The notes under the pieces were generated by a model. It ran no database searches. It was given only the letters and a program-made list of their open reading frames with translations, and was not told the DNA's origin. From positions 4,117 through 68,116 of the IMG/VR virus record IMGVR_UViG_3300005937_000414: 64,000 nucleotides of DNA; one strand, written 5' to 3'. The stretch is from a virus (lineage: Duplodnaviria; Caudoviricetes). Made by a program: the position numbers and the translations under genes. This document shows, one piece after another, positions 43,259-52,819 of this stretch. Numbering within the stretch: the stretch's first letter is position 1; every line of letters begins with the position of its first letter.

Positions 43259-45414
43259 GCACGATTTTCAACCAAGTCCTGACCGAATTCCGGGTAGTCG
43301 GCACCGGGGTTCAGGCCGGGATGCAGCAACTGGTCGGCGGAACCACACAGTGGACGCGCAGTATCCAGGATGCGACCAGGCAAAGTGAAAAGCTGAGTGC
43401 CTTGTGGAGAGCGTTCGGCACGACGTTGCGCTACGCCATCGCCGGTCAGGTCGTTTTCGGAATGGGCAGGTTCATCACGCAGTTGAAAGAAGTCCAGGTG
43501 CAGATGGGCTTGATCTCGGCAATTGGCGAGCTTCAAGGAGGCCAACCAATCGTCGGCCAGAACCTGACCAATCTGATGCGAGACATTCGTGTCGGGGCCG
43601 TCGAGTCTCTCACTCCCGTGCAGCAGTACAACGACGCGGTGATCAACCTGCTCTCCACGATCCAGAACGTGCCGCAAGATCAAATTACACCGATGGTGAC
43701 GACGATCACTCGGGCGGCGCAACTGGCCCAGGTCGGGGCCGAGGATGCAACTCGTGCATTTACAACACTTGGTGTCGCGTTCGGGCAGCGGCCGACACCG
43801 GAGAGCATCCAGACGATGGCCCAGGAGTTTTTCATCCTGACCAAGCAGGCACCAGGTGGCGTTCCCGCCGGTCAGCAGATGCTCCAGCAGATGGGGCAGC
43901 TTGCTGCATTGACCCGCGCTGCACACGGCACGCCTCCTGAAATGTTCGCGCTGATGCTCTCCGGGCTGCGCGGTGGTATTCCTCCGGCTCAGGCAGGACG
44001 TGCGCTCCAGTTCTTCCTCCAGACGCTTGCCTTCCCAGGCCAGCAGGTGGCTCCTTCTCGCAAGGCGCTGGCCTCGGTCGGGATTACACCGCTCTCGAAC
44101 ATGACACTGCAAGAGCGGCTCAATGCAATTTTCAAAAGAGCCGGTGCGATGGGTGTCAGGGGCGATTTGGGCCAGGTCATGAACCTGGACGAGGAGACGA
44201 TGGCCGGGTTGGAAGGCATGGATGCGACTTCGGCGCTCCAGCAGGTCGGAATCTCAGGGCCGGGTGCCGTCTTCCTCGGAACCGTTTTCAGGAGGATCCA
44301 CGCTTTGCGCATGGCGTTGGCGCTCTCCACTCAAGTCCAGATGGGTCAGTTCGACCAGGATATGAAAATGATGCAGGATGCGCACGAAGGCATCGTCAGC
44401 GACACGAACGACATGGCCAAGGCGTGGGAGCGGCTTGCCGATCAGGCTCCGCTCCAGGCGGCAGCAACTGCTCTCGACGCGCTCAGGGTTCAAATTTCAC
44501 AGGATCTGCTCGCGCCTGTGCTCAAGCCGGTTGCGAAAACGCTTGTCAGAGGCGTGGGTGTGGCGCAGGAGCATCCTGACGAGACTCGCAACCTGTTGAT
44601 CGCCGCTCTGCTTGGCGGTGGAGCTATTGGCGGCTTCAAGTTTTTCAAGGGGCTGGGTAGAACCGGTGTCCCGCTTGCTGCGGCTGCCCAGAGCATCATG
44701 TCGGGCGACCGCCAGTTGGGCACGCTGCTCAACCCGATGTACGTGATTATCGTCAGCGACATGAGCACGATTTTCAATCCAGGCGGAAGGTACGGCCCGC
44801 CCAGGCCGTATGGGCCGAGGCCGAGGCCAGAAGGAGATCTGCCGGGTGACAGGCCGAGGACGACGAGAACAGGACGAGCAGGACGATTTGGGAGGATTTT
44901 CAGGCCGGTTGCAAGCGTCGGCGGTGCCTTGCTTAGCTGGCCTGCAGCAGTTGCAGCGGGTGGAACGGAGCTAGCTGCGCAGATGGGCGGCGGGCGCTGG
45001 GGGCCAGGGCCGATAAGCGATCCTCTGGGATTTCTTTGGTCGTCTTCGGGCCAGGTAGGGAGAGAGTGGAGAAACGCCTGGCGTGACTCCGGGGTCGTTC
45101 GCCCGGCACTTGAGCAGATTTTCAACTTTGGCGGCAGCAAGAACAAGCTTTCGTTTGACCAGGCGGTTGCGATCAAGAAGGCACAACAGGCTGGCATGCC
45201 CGAAGATCAGCTACGCCGAATGGCGTTCGGCATGGCCCGCTCGTCCGATCCGGATATTCAAGCATCAGGCAGGCCCAACGAGTTGACGCTGAACATCAAC
45301 CTCAAGCATCCGGACGGCACCAAGTCGAGGAAAAAGGTTCACCTGCCGATTACGCAGTATCAGAATGGAAAAGCTCCTTCCCAAGGCGGCAGTGCCGCGA
45401 AATCGAGAAAGTAA
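43255..45414 (+). CDS. tape measure protein
   Basis: 719 aa, Ala/Gly/Gln-rich helical protein after the chaperones. Confidence 0.85.
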   Translation: MSTIFNQVLTEFRVVGTGVQAGMQQLVGGTTQWTRSIQDATRQSEKLSALWRAFGTTLRYAIAGQVVFGMGRFITQLKEVQVQMGLISAIGELQGGQPIVGQNLTNLMRDIRVGAVESLTPVQQYNDAVINLLSTIQNVPQDQITPMVTTITRAAQLAQVGAEDATRAFTTLGVAFGQRPTPESIQTMAQEFFILTKQAPGGVPAGQQMLQQMGQLAALTRAAHGTPPEMFALMLSGLRGGIPPAQAGRALQFFLQTLAFPGQQVAPSRKALASVGITPLSNMTLQERLNAIFKRAGAMGVRGDLGQVMNLDEETMAGLEGMDATSALQQVGISGPGAVFLGTVFRRIHALRMALALSTQVQMGQFDQDMKMMQDAHEGIVSDTNDMAKAWERLADQAPLQAAATALDALRVQISQDLLAPVLKPVAKTLVRGVGVAQEHPDETRNLLIAALLGGGAIGGFKFFKGLGRTGVPLAAAAQSIMSGDRQLGTLLNPMYVIIVSDMSTIFNPGGRYGPPRPYGPRPRPEGDLPGDRPRTTRTGRAGRFGRIFRPVASVGGALLSWPAAVAAGGTELAAQMGGGRWGPGPISDPLGFLWSSSGQVGREWRNAWRDSGVVRPALEQIFNFGGSKNKLSFDQAVAIKKAQQAGMPEDQLRRMAFGMARSSDPDIQASGRPNELTLNINLKHPDGTKSRKKVHLPITQYQNGKAPSQGGSAAKSRK

Positions 45415-46209
45415 ATGGCCCCACGTCCGCCCACAATCGATCCGAAAGCCAAGCGCTTCTACGGCGAGGACACCGCCAAGTACCTGATCAACCCCGGTAC
45501 GGTCAGTGCGCCGGGCAGGCACACGCCTGGCCAGCTTCGGCATGCACGCCCCTACCTGGCGAACGGACGCAAGCTGTTTGTCTTTCCCACTCCCGTCGAA
45601 GGATTTTCACGTTCCGGCCAGGCCCAACTCGGCCTGCGCCACTACATCGGGGACTGGAAGGCGGATGGCGTTACGATCCACTACGAAGAGGGAAGAATTA
45701 CACTGAACGGCCTTTTCCCCGGTCAGACTTCGCAGCAGAACATGGTCGAGTGCCTGATGATGCTGCGCTCGAAGCACAAGGGCCGTGGCCTCGTGCTCTA
45801 TGCACCCGGTCTTTTCAACCGGGAGCAGTATATCCTGCCCGAGAACTGGGATTTCACGCACGACGAGGAAGATCGCACGCATTCGATCCACTACTCGATC
45901 ACGTTCGTGAAAATCGGGGAGGGCAAGAAGGTCGCGGATCCTCTGAGCATGCCGCCGTACTACCGCCCGGTTACGCGCAAGTCGAAGCCGAAGGGCAAGG
46001 CGGCGCGGACGTACACGGTCAAGGCTGGGGCGCGAACGCTGCGTACCATCGCTGCCAAGCCCAGCGTGTACGGCGACCCCAAGAAGTGGACGCAGCTTCT
46101 GGCGCTCAACCGAGCACGGATCGAGTCGATTCAGGAGAAGGGCACGACAATCGGCAGTTACAAGCTGCCAAATTACAGGCTACCGGTCGGTTTTCAACTC
46201 AGATACTGA
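45415..46209 (+). CDS. tail tube initiator/baseplate protein with LysM-like C-terminus
   Basis: TYTVKAG...LRTIA...YGDPKKWTQL. Confidence 0.65.
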   Translation: MAPRPPTIDPKAKRFYGEDTAKYLINPGTVSAPGRHTPGQLRHARPYLANGRKLFVFPTPVEGFSRSGQAQLGLRHYIGDWKADGVTIHYEEGRITLNGLFPGQTSQQNMVECLMMLRSKHKGRGLVLYAPGLFNREQYILPENWDFTHDEEDRTHSIHYSITFVKIGEGKKVADPLSMPPYYRPVTRKSKPKGKAARTYTVKAGARTLRTIAAKPSVYGDPKKWTQLLALNRARIESIQEKGTTIGSYKLPNYRLPVGFQLRY

Positions 46210-46394
46210 TGAACCCGCAGGCAAAGGCAAAGGTGAGAGCGAGGCACAAACAGGCTATTGCTGAATTTCAGCGCTGGTTGAGGCGCAACCCCAGGGCCAA
46301 GCTGGAGAAGCAGATCCAGATGTTCGACGCTTTCATCGATGATGCTAGTCCGACGCTGGCTGAAAAGAGGAAGCGTGCCACCGCCCGTCGTTAA
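46209..46394 (+). CDS. small basic protein
   Basis: 61 aa, TGATG overlap. Confidence 0.5.
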   Translation: MNPQAKAKVRARHKQAIAEFQRWLRRNPRAKLEKQIQMFDAFIDDASPTLAEKRKRATARR

Positions 46395-48948
46395 CGCCTC
46401 TCATCTGCCCAGTATCCGTGCCGTGATCACGACCAAGTGGGGTCGTGGCTACACGAAGCGTGTAATTCCGCATGTCGAGAGCTTCTACGTGGACACGTCG
46501 CTCGACAACGACGCCGATTCCTGGCAGATCACGCTTGGCGATCCGACTGGGGACTATCTGGCGATGATGAACCGTGACAGCGAGGTGCGTATCGAGCTTC
46601 TCAGCGCCGACCCCGGAGGTGCCGGGCACATCATGACCGGGATCGCGGACGATCTCTCGTATGACCAGGACGGTGCCTACACGATTTCAGGCCGCGACTA
46701 TGCCTCGCTTGCGCTCGACTCGATGGTCGAGCCGCAGAAATGGAAAAAGGTCAAGCCGATGTATGTGATCGGCAACCAGGCCAAGCAGCTTGGCTATCCC
46801 CAGGTGAGCCTCAACAACGTCTCGAAGTGGAAAAAGGTCATCAAGACGGACGGCTCCGAGACGTACTGGGAGTTCTGGTTCCGTCTCGTGCGCAACGACA
46901 AGGCGTATCTGTGGGTGGGGCCGAACGGAGCGCTCATCCTCAACCGCTTGAATTACAGCGAGCGGCCTACGTACTACTTCGGCACGCCCAAGAAGGATGA
47001 CCCGGAACTGATTCAGACGGCGCACATCCCTGTCGAAGGTCTTGAAATTCGCAAATCTACCCAGGGCCGTGCTTATAAGATCTGGACGTACGTGAACAGC
47101 GGCAAGTTGCGCACGACGATTCCCGTGACCGACATGACGATTGACGACTGGGTCAAACGCCCCGTGAAAGTCATGCAGGACACGCAGTCGGGCAAGGTCA
47201 CCGGGGCGAAGAAGCGGGCCTGGAACGAGATCTACGAAGGCAAGGTGGGGGCTGTCGAGATCCGGCTCGTGATTTCAGACCCCACGTACGTGATCTCGCC
47301 CAACCGCATGGCCCGCGTGCGCATTCCCGAGATCGATTTCATCGGCACGTATTTCATCGTTGGCACGAAGGTGCAGGCAGGGCCGGACGGCTTCGTCCAG
47401 GAGATCAGGCTGCGTGAAAAGGAGATGGCCCTCTCGCGCCGTGTGCCCCAGGAGCCGAAGATCCCAGGTCGCACGCAGAAAGCCCCGGCCGAAGGCGGTG
47501 AGGCCGACGTGGGCGAGCAGATCGGAGCGTTCATTCCCAGGCCCGACTGGGGCAACTACTTCGAGAATGCCGCCCGCGAGCACCAGGGCTTCTGGGACTT
47601 CGACATTTTCACGGCGTTCTTGCTGGCCATCGCCAAGCAGGAGTCCGGTTTTCGCAACATCCGCCAGATCGGCATGAACATCGGTGAGGACAGGATCGAG
47701 TGGTATCCGGTTCTGCCCGGCGACCCCGACCCGGCCGACAAGGACACACACGGGCGGCAGAAGCCCGGCCATACGAACTCACGTCCGGACTGGGAGCTTA
47801 ACTTCGCCAATCAGGTAGGCACGCACGGCCTGAGCCAGGAGGCGGGTGTCGGCCCGATGCAGCTTACATGGCGCAAATGGAAAACAAATGCCGACGACTG
47901 GTATGCGGATCATCATCCCAAGGCGAACCACGGACGGGATCAGTATCTGGGCGGGCGCTGGGATCCGGAGAGCAACATCATGGAGGGTGCCAGATATTTC
48001 AAGTCTTGCCTCGACCAGACGCACATGGAGCCGGGTGGCGACGACTCGAACCAGTTCGCGGCGATGGAAAAGGCATATGCACTCTACAACGGAGGTTCGT
48101 CGGAGTCGTACATTCGTGCCAAGGCTGTGCGCAAGGTCGCAACGAGGTTCCTCGACCCGGTTCGGGCTGCGGTGGAGACTGCACAGGCGGACAGTGCAGA
48201 CGACAGCACGGACGGCGGTACGCTGACGAGCGACATTTTCCCACTGGGCTGGCCGAACAACGAGCAGATCATCGCTGCTTTTCAGCGCAGCATGTGGTGG
48301 GGGCAGGTTCCCTCTGCTCCTGCCGCTGGGCCGATTTCACCTGGGCTACCTCATATCGAGTTCATCAAGTCCCCGGTTTACACTGCGCGGCTGGCCGACA
48401 TCCTCTGGATCGTGATCCACACGATGGAAAACAACTCGAAGACGCCCGATATCGAAGAAAACAATGTCGCGTACAGCGTTGCTCAGGACTTCGCGACGGG
48501 CAAGCGCGGTGTCTCCTCACACTACTGCATCGACAACCTCAAGGTGTACCAGTGCGTGTACGACAAGTTCGCTGCGAACGCAACGGCTGGATACGCAGTC
48601 GGAGTGGCGGGCGGGCTTTCGACAGACCAGTACAGCCTACAGTTCGAGCATGCAGGCACGGCCGAGCAGACGGCTGCCCAGTGGGGTGACAACTATTCGC
48701 AGAACATGTTGAGGCTCTCGGCAAGGGTCGTGGCCGACAAATGCAAGAAGTACGGGATTCAAGTCAGGCATCTGACCGTCCCTGAAATTCAGGGAGGGCT
48801 GATCTCCGGGATCTGTGGGCACAACGATATCAACGACGCATTCCGGGCCAGCAACCCCGGCAGTGACATGAGCCACTGGGATCCCGGCCCGAACTTCCCC
48901 TGGGCTGATTACATCCAGATGGTGCAGGATGCAAAGGATGCGATGTAA
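46375..48948 (+). CDS. baseplate hub fused to lytic transglycosylase and Amidase_2 domains
   Basis: N-terminal hub-like region; AIAKQESGF, GVGPMQL and YNGG (SLT); IVIHTME, SSHY, EHAG, GHND, HWDPG (amidase). Confidence 0.85.
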   Translation: MPPPVVNASHLPSIRAVITTKWGRGYTKRVIPHVESFYVDTSLDNDADSWQITLGDPTGDYLAMMNRDSEVRIELLSADPGGAGHIMTGIADDLSYDQDGAYTISGRDYASLALDSMVEPQKWKKVKPMYVIGNQAKQLGYPQVSLNNVSKWKKVIKTDGSETYWEFWFRLVRNDKAYLWVGPNGALILNRLNYSERPTYYFGTPKKDDPELIQTAHIPVEGLEIRKSTQGRAYKIWTYVNSGKLRTTIPVTDMTIDDWVKRPVKVMQDTQSGKVTGAKKRAWNEIYEGKVGAVEIRLVISDPTYVISPNRMARVRIPEIDFIGTYFIVGTKVQAGPDGFVQEIRLREKEMALSRRVPQEPKIPGRTQKAPAEGGEADVGEQIGAFIPRPDWGNYFENAAREHQGFWDFDIFTAFLLAIAKQESGFRNIRQIGMNIGEDRIEWYPVLPGDPDPADKDTHGRQKPGHTNSRPDWELNFANQVGTHGLSQEAGVGPMQLTWRKWKTNADDWYADHHPKANHGRDQYLGGRWDPESNIMEGARYFKSCLDQTHMEPGGDDSNQFAAMEKAYALYNGGSSESYIRAKAVRKVATRFLDPVRAAVETAQADSADDSTDGGTLTSDIFPLGWPNNEQIIAAFQRSMWWGQVPSAPAAGPISPGLPHIEFIKSPVYTARLADILWIVIHTMENNSKTPDIEENNVAYSVAQDFATGKRGVSSHYCIDNLKVYQCVYDKFAANATAGYAVGVAGGLSTDQYSLQFEHAGTAEQTAAQWGDNYSQNMLRLSARVVADKCKKYGIQVRHLTVPEIQGGLISGICGHNDINDAFRASNPGSDMSHWDPGPNFPWADYIQMVQDAKDAM

Positions 48949-49455
48949 ATGCCGCTCATCTCTGTTGACAACATCGACCCGTCCGTGCTCAGCCCGGCTG
49001 AATTTCGCCAGTACAAAGTCTGCTGCGCCGCTATTTGGTGCCTGCGCCACAAGGACGACCTCAGCTACGGCGCGACTCGTGATGTCAGGAACTGGCACCC
49101 GCCGCCATCCATGCCCAACGTGCTGGACTGCTCTGCGCTCATCCACTATTGCTTCAAGGTCGCGGGCTGCCCCGACCCGAGTGAAAATTCCAATTATGCG
49201 GGCAACACCGCTTCCTTGTGGGGCAGTGGGATCCTCGTCGGCGGCAAGAACGTGACGACCGGGCAGATGCGTCCGGGCGACGTGTGCTTCTACGGCTGGA
49301 AGGTTCCAATGGTCGGTGGCGACAGCGAGCATGCCACGCTGTATGTGGGGCAGGGCAAGGTAATTTCACAGGGCAGCGAGGAAGGGCCGTTCCTGGTCGG
49401 CTACAAGAGCGATTTCAAGAAGCCGTTCATCGGAGTAAAGCGCTACAGGTTCTGA
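48949..49455 (+). CDS. NlpC/P60 cell-wall peptidase
   Basis: LDCSALI, GDVCFY, EHATLYVGQG. Confidence 0.88.
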   Translation: MPLISVDNIDPSVLSPAEFRQYKVCCAAIWCLRHKDDLSYGATRDVRNWHPPPSMPNVLDCSALIHYCFKVAGCPDPSENSNYAGNTASLWGSGILVGGKNVTTGQMRPGDVCFYGWKVPMVGGDSEHATLYVGQGKVISQGSEEGPFLVGYKSDFKKPFIGVKRYRF

Positions 49456-49820
49456 TGATCAGCGAGGAGGAATGGAACTCGATCCGGGCCGTGTGCGAGA
49501 AGATCTCACGCGAAGTGGCCGGTACGAGAGGCGAGTGGTTCCAGACCGGGCGCGTGATCAAGCGCGATGAAAAAAACCGGCTCGTCTGGATCAAGGGCAT
49601 GGGCCACACGCCGCTGCCCGTTGTCGGCTTCGAGTACGACGTGCGCTACTACGACACGGACGACGAGGGAAATTTGCGCGTGAGAAACGCCCGTGCCAAA
49701 GTCGTCGTGCCCGCGCTAGGAGCAACCGTGCTCGTTGCATTCGAGCTTGGCTCCACCCGCCTGCCACGCTGCCTGGGCATCGTTCAAGGAAAAAACTATC
49801 TGGAGACGGAGGAAGACTAA
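49455..49820 (+). CDS. baseplate spike/OB-fold protein (probable)
   Basis: GRVIKRD...VLVAFELG pattern; position. Confidence 0.55.
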   Translation: MISEEEWNSIRAVCEKISREVAGTRGEWFQTGRVIKRDEKNRLVWIKGMGHTPLPVVGFEYDVRYYDTDDEGNLRVRNARAKVVVPALGATVLVAFELGSTRLPRCLGIVQGKNYLETEED

Positions 49821-49822
49821 CC

Positions 49823-50245
49823 GTGGCTTGGGACTTGGCGATTTCAGATTACGGCGACCTGATCATGTCCGGGAACCGGGATCTGGCCGGAGTCTCGGGC
49901 GACGACCTGACCAGCCAGCGCATCACGACACGCCTGCTCGTGCATCGCGGCTCGTGGTTCTACGACCCGGAAGGGACGTTCGGCAGCGATCTCTACCAGG
50001 CGCTGGGCAAGCCGACCACACAGGATGTTGAAATCGATTCGAGGGTGCGTGATGCGCTGCGCGAGATGGAGGATGTCCTGATCGAGAGTGTGGACTGGAA
50101 GTACACGGATGATGAAAAATCGATCGTCGTACGTGTCGAGTACACGGACAACCCGCAGGAAGAGGAGTCCTCGCTCCAGTCGGAGGCCAGTGAGCTTACG
50201 TCTACCGTCGTCACAGTCCCGCTCGCGCCAGGAGGAGGTGCCTAG
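49823..50245 (+). CDS. baseplate wedge gp25/W-like protein
   Basis: DLAISDYGDL...RLLVHRGSWFYDPEGTFGS. Confidence 0.75.
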   Translation: MAWDLAISDYGDLIMSGNRDLAGVSGDDLTSQRITTRLLVHRGSWFYDPEGTFGSDLYQALGKPTTQDVEIDSRVRDALREMEDVLIESVDWKYTDDEKSIVVRVEYTDNPQEEESSLQSEASELTSTVVTVPLAPGGGA

Positions 50246-51655
50246 GTGCCTGTCTCGCTTTCCACCATTTACAAGACTCGCCAGGACATCCTGACGAGCA
50301 TGATCCAGCAACTCACCGCTGGGATTCCGGACGCTTACACCGGTACGGACGGTGTAATTCGCATCATCTTCGAGATCGAGGCAGGGCAGTTCGAGAGTCT
50401 CTATCTCGCGGAGCAGTTGCTGCTGGAGGACATGTGGGTTTCCACGGCGAGCTACCAGGCGCTGGTTCGCTACGGCGACCAGTACGGCTTGCCCATGTTC
50501 CAGGGCAACCGCGCCGAGGGCACGCTCATGTTTTCAGGAGATGACGGAGGCTACATCCCCCAGGGCACGCTGGCCGCGCACGATCCCGGCAACGGCCTGG
50601 ATCCGATCTACTTCGAGACGACTGCCGACGCAACGCTGCCGTCAACCGGGGATCCGACTCCACCCTTGGCAACCCCGGTTGACGGCGGTGGAAACCTGAC
50701 CGGTGCCTACGAGTACATCCTCACGTACACGACGGCACTGGGCGAGACGCTGCCGTCCGACGAGTCTGAAATCAAGACGGTCAACGCAGGCATGATCGAC
50801 CTGACGGGCATCGCCCTGGGCGGGCCGGGCACGACGGGGCGCAGGCTCTATCGCGCTCGCAACGGTGATGGAAATTTCAGGCTTGTCAACGATTTTGCCG
50901 AGAACACGACGACGACCTGGCAGGACAACGTGAGCGATGCGTCGATTGCCAGTGCAGAGACTCCTCCCATCGTGGACACGGGCCATGCCGTCGTCGTGGC
51001 GGCGTCTGCCCAAGAAGTGGGTGTCGATGGCAACGTCGTCGTCGGCTCGATCACGACGATTTCAGACGGCCCCGCCGAGCTTACGGACGTGACGAACACG
51101 ATTGCGTTCACGGGCGGCCAGGATCCGGAGGACTCGGAGATCTATCGCTCACGTCTCTTGAATTTCATCAGGAATCCGCAGACCGGCTCCGTCTCGGACA
51201 TCGAGGCGTGGGCGCTGAACGTGGACGGCGTGGAGAGCGCGACCGTCCTTGAAAACACACCTGGGCCGGGCGAGGTGACCGTGCAGATCACCGGGCCGGG
51301 CGGCTCTGTTGCCACGCCGGAGTTGATCGATGAGGTTCAGCAGACGCTCGATGCGCTCGACTACGCGAACATCACGATTCATGTCGAGACGTTTACACCG
51401 CTCTCGACCGATGTGACCGTTGACGTGACCGAAGGTAGCGGCTACACACTGCAGGCGGTCACTCCGTCCGTGCAGCAGGCAGTCTCCGATTACATCAACG
51501 ATCTCGGAGTTGCCGAGACTCTGAAAATCTCGGGTATCATCGATGCCGTGTTCGGACTGGCGGGTGTGGACGACGTGGTGGTCACGACCCCTACTACCAA
51601 CCAGGCTACACCCGCCGGGCAGAAGCGGGTTGCCGGGGTAATCACAGTCACATGA
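50246..51655 (+). CDS. baseplate J-like protein with FN3-like insert
   Basis: GGQDPEDSEIYRSR, GPGEVTV; ~120 aa insert. Confidence 0.88.
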   Translation: MPVSLSTIYKTRQDILTSMIQQLTAGIPDAYTGTDGVIRIIFEIEAGQFESLYLAEQLLLEDMWVSTASYQALVRYGDQYGLPMFQGNRAEGTLMFSGDDGGYIPQGTLAAHDPGNGLDPIYFETTADATLPSTGDPTPPLATPVDGGGNLTGAYEYILTYTTALGETLPSDESEIKTVNAGMIDLTGIALGGPGTTGRRLYRARNGDGNFRLVNDFAENTTTTWQDNVSDASIASAETPPIVDTGHAVVVAASAQEVGVDGNVVVGSITTISDGPAELTDVTNTIAFTGGQDPEDSEIYRSRLLNFIRNPQTGSVSDIEAWALNVDGVESATVLENTPGPGEVTVQITGPGGSVATPELIDEVQQTLDALDYANITIHVETFTPLSTDVTVDVTEGSGYTLQAVTPSVQQAVSDYINDLGVAETLKISGIIDAVFGLAGVDDVVVTTPTTNQATPAGQKRVAGVITVT

Positions 51656-52278
51656 GCGAGCCGTATCCGCCCACGCCGAACCAGCCTTCGCTCCCCGCGG
51701 AGACGACATTCACGGAGGCAGAGCTTGTCTTCCTGGACGAGTCTCCCCCTGGGCTTTTCCCGGAGAACCAGGATTCGAACTTCGGCTTCATCTTCCGCAA
51801 GATTTTCAGCGATCTCTCGCAGGACGTGGCGAACTGGCAGGACGTTCTTTACAACGAGCACTTTGTGCAGACATCGGCCCAGTTCCTCGACCAGTGGGAG
51901 ATCGAGTATGGCCTGCCCCCGGTCGGTGAAGGTGCGACGGTTGAATTTCAGAGAGCGAACATTTTGGCCCGTGTCCAGCGTGGGCCGTTTACACGCACCA
52001 GGCGCGACAACATCATTCGCCAGTTCGTGGAGACGACGTTTGGCACGGTGATTCAGCTTGTGCCGCAGGGAGTGGGCATCGATCTGGGCGGGATACCGAT
52101 TTACGGCGAGCCGGGCGACGTGGATTCTCTGTTCGACGTGATCGAGAACATCCCCGAATTTTCATATGTCGTGTGGATCGCTTCTACGAATACGCCGAAC
52201 CTCACTGCGCTGACCCGTGAGTTGAAGCGTATTACGCCAGCAGGAATTTCATTTACAATCACAAGTGTGCATCCGTAG
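51652..52278 (+). CDS. baseplate wedge protein (gp48/YmfQ-like)
   Basis: LDQWEIEYGLP...RITPAG. Confidence 0.78.
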   Translation: MSEPYPPTPNQPSLPAETTFTEAELVFLDESPPGLFPENQDSNFGFIFRKIFSDLSQDVANWQDVLYNEHFVQTSAQFLDQWEIEYGLPPVGEGATVEFQRANILARVQRGPFTRTRRDNIIRQFVETTFGTVIQLVPQGVGIDLGGIPIYGEPGDVDSLFDVIENIPEFSYVVWIASTNTPNLTALTRELKRITPAGISFTITSVHP

Positions 52279-52290
52279 GAGGTGAGGTAG

Positions 52291-52818
52291 TTGGGTACGA
52301 GATTCAACATCGTAGATTGGAGGTGGCTGGCTGCTTTCACCGACGCAGAGGGTTCAATCGTTCTTGCCAAGAATTTCGAGAAGCGGCCATCCCAGATCAA
52401 CGTCAGGTGGTATCAGAGTGAAAATCAGATCGAGTTGCTCTGGGCCATCAAGGACTTCCTGGACGAGAAAGGAATCTCGAACTACTGGTATGCCAACGAG
52501 AGCAATACCAATTTCAGGGCCACTGCGTTGGTTTGGACGCTTGGCGTTTCTGGAGTTGCGTCCTGTCAGGTAGTCCTCAAAGGAATCCGTCCATTCCTGA
52601 TTTCAGAGAAGAAGATCGAACGGGCTGACAAGGCACTCGAAGTTTTCAACGGGTACAAGGGCCGCGTGTATACGAAAGCCTCGAAGTGCAGGAAAGGTCA
52701 TGACATGACGAAGCCAAAGAACATCTACACACGGCCGTCAGGTGCGCGTCAGTGCCGAGTCTGTATGCAAGAGGTCGAGCGCAACCGCAAAAGGGATCGT
52801 CGGAAGGTGGCGATCTGA
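52291..52818 (+). CDS. LAGLIDADG endonuclease fused to a C-terminal Zn module
   Basis: WLAAFTDAEGSI; C-terminal CRKGH...CRVC; TTG start after GGAGGTGAGG. Confidence 0.85.
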   Translation: MGTRFNIVDWRWLAAFTDAEGSIVLAKNFEKRPSQINVRWYQSENQIELLWAIKDFLDEKGISNYWYANESNTNFRATALVWTLGVSGVASCQVVLKGIRPFLISEKKIERADKALEVFNGYKGRVYTKASKCRKGHDMTKPKNIYTRPSGARQCRVCMQEVERNRKRDRRKVAI

Positions 52819-52819
52819 A

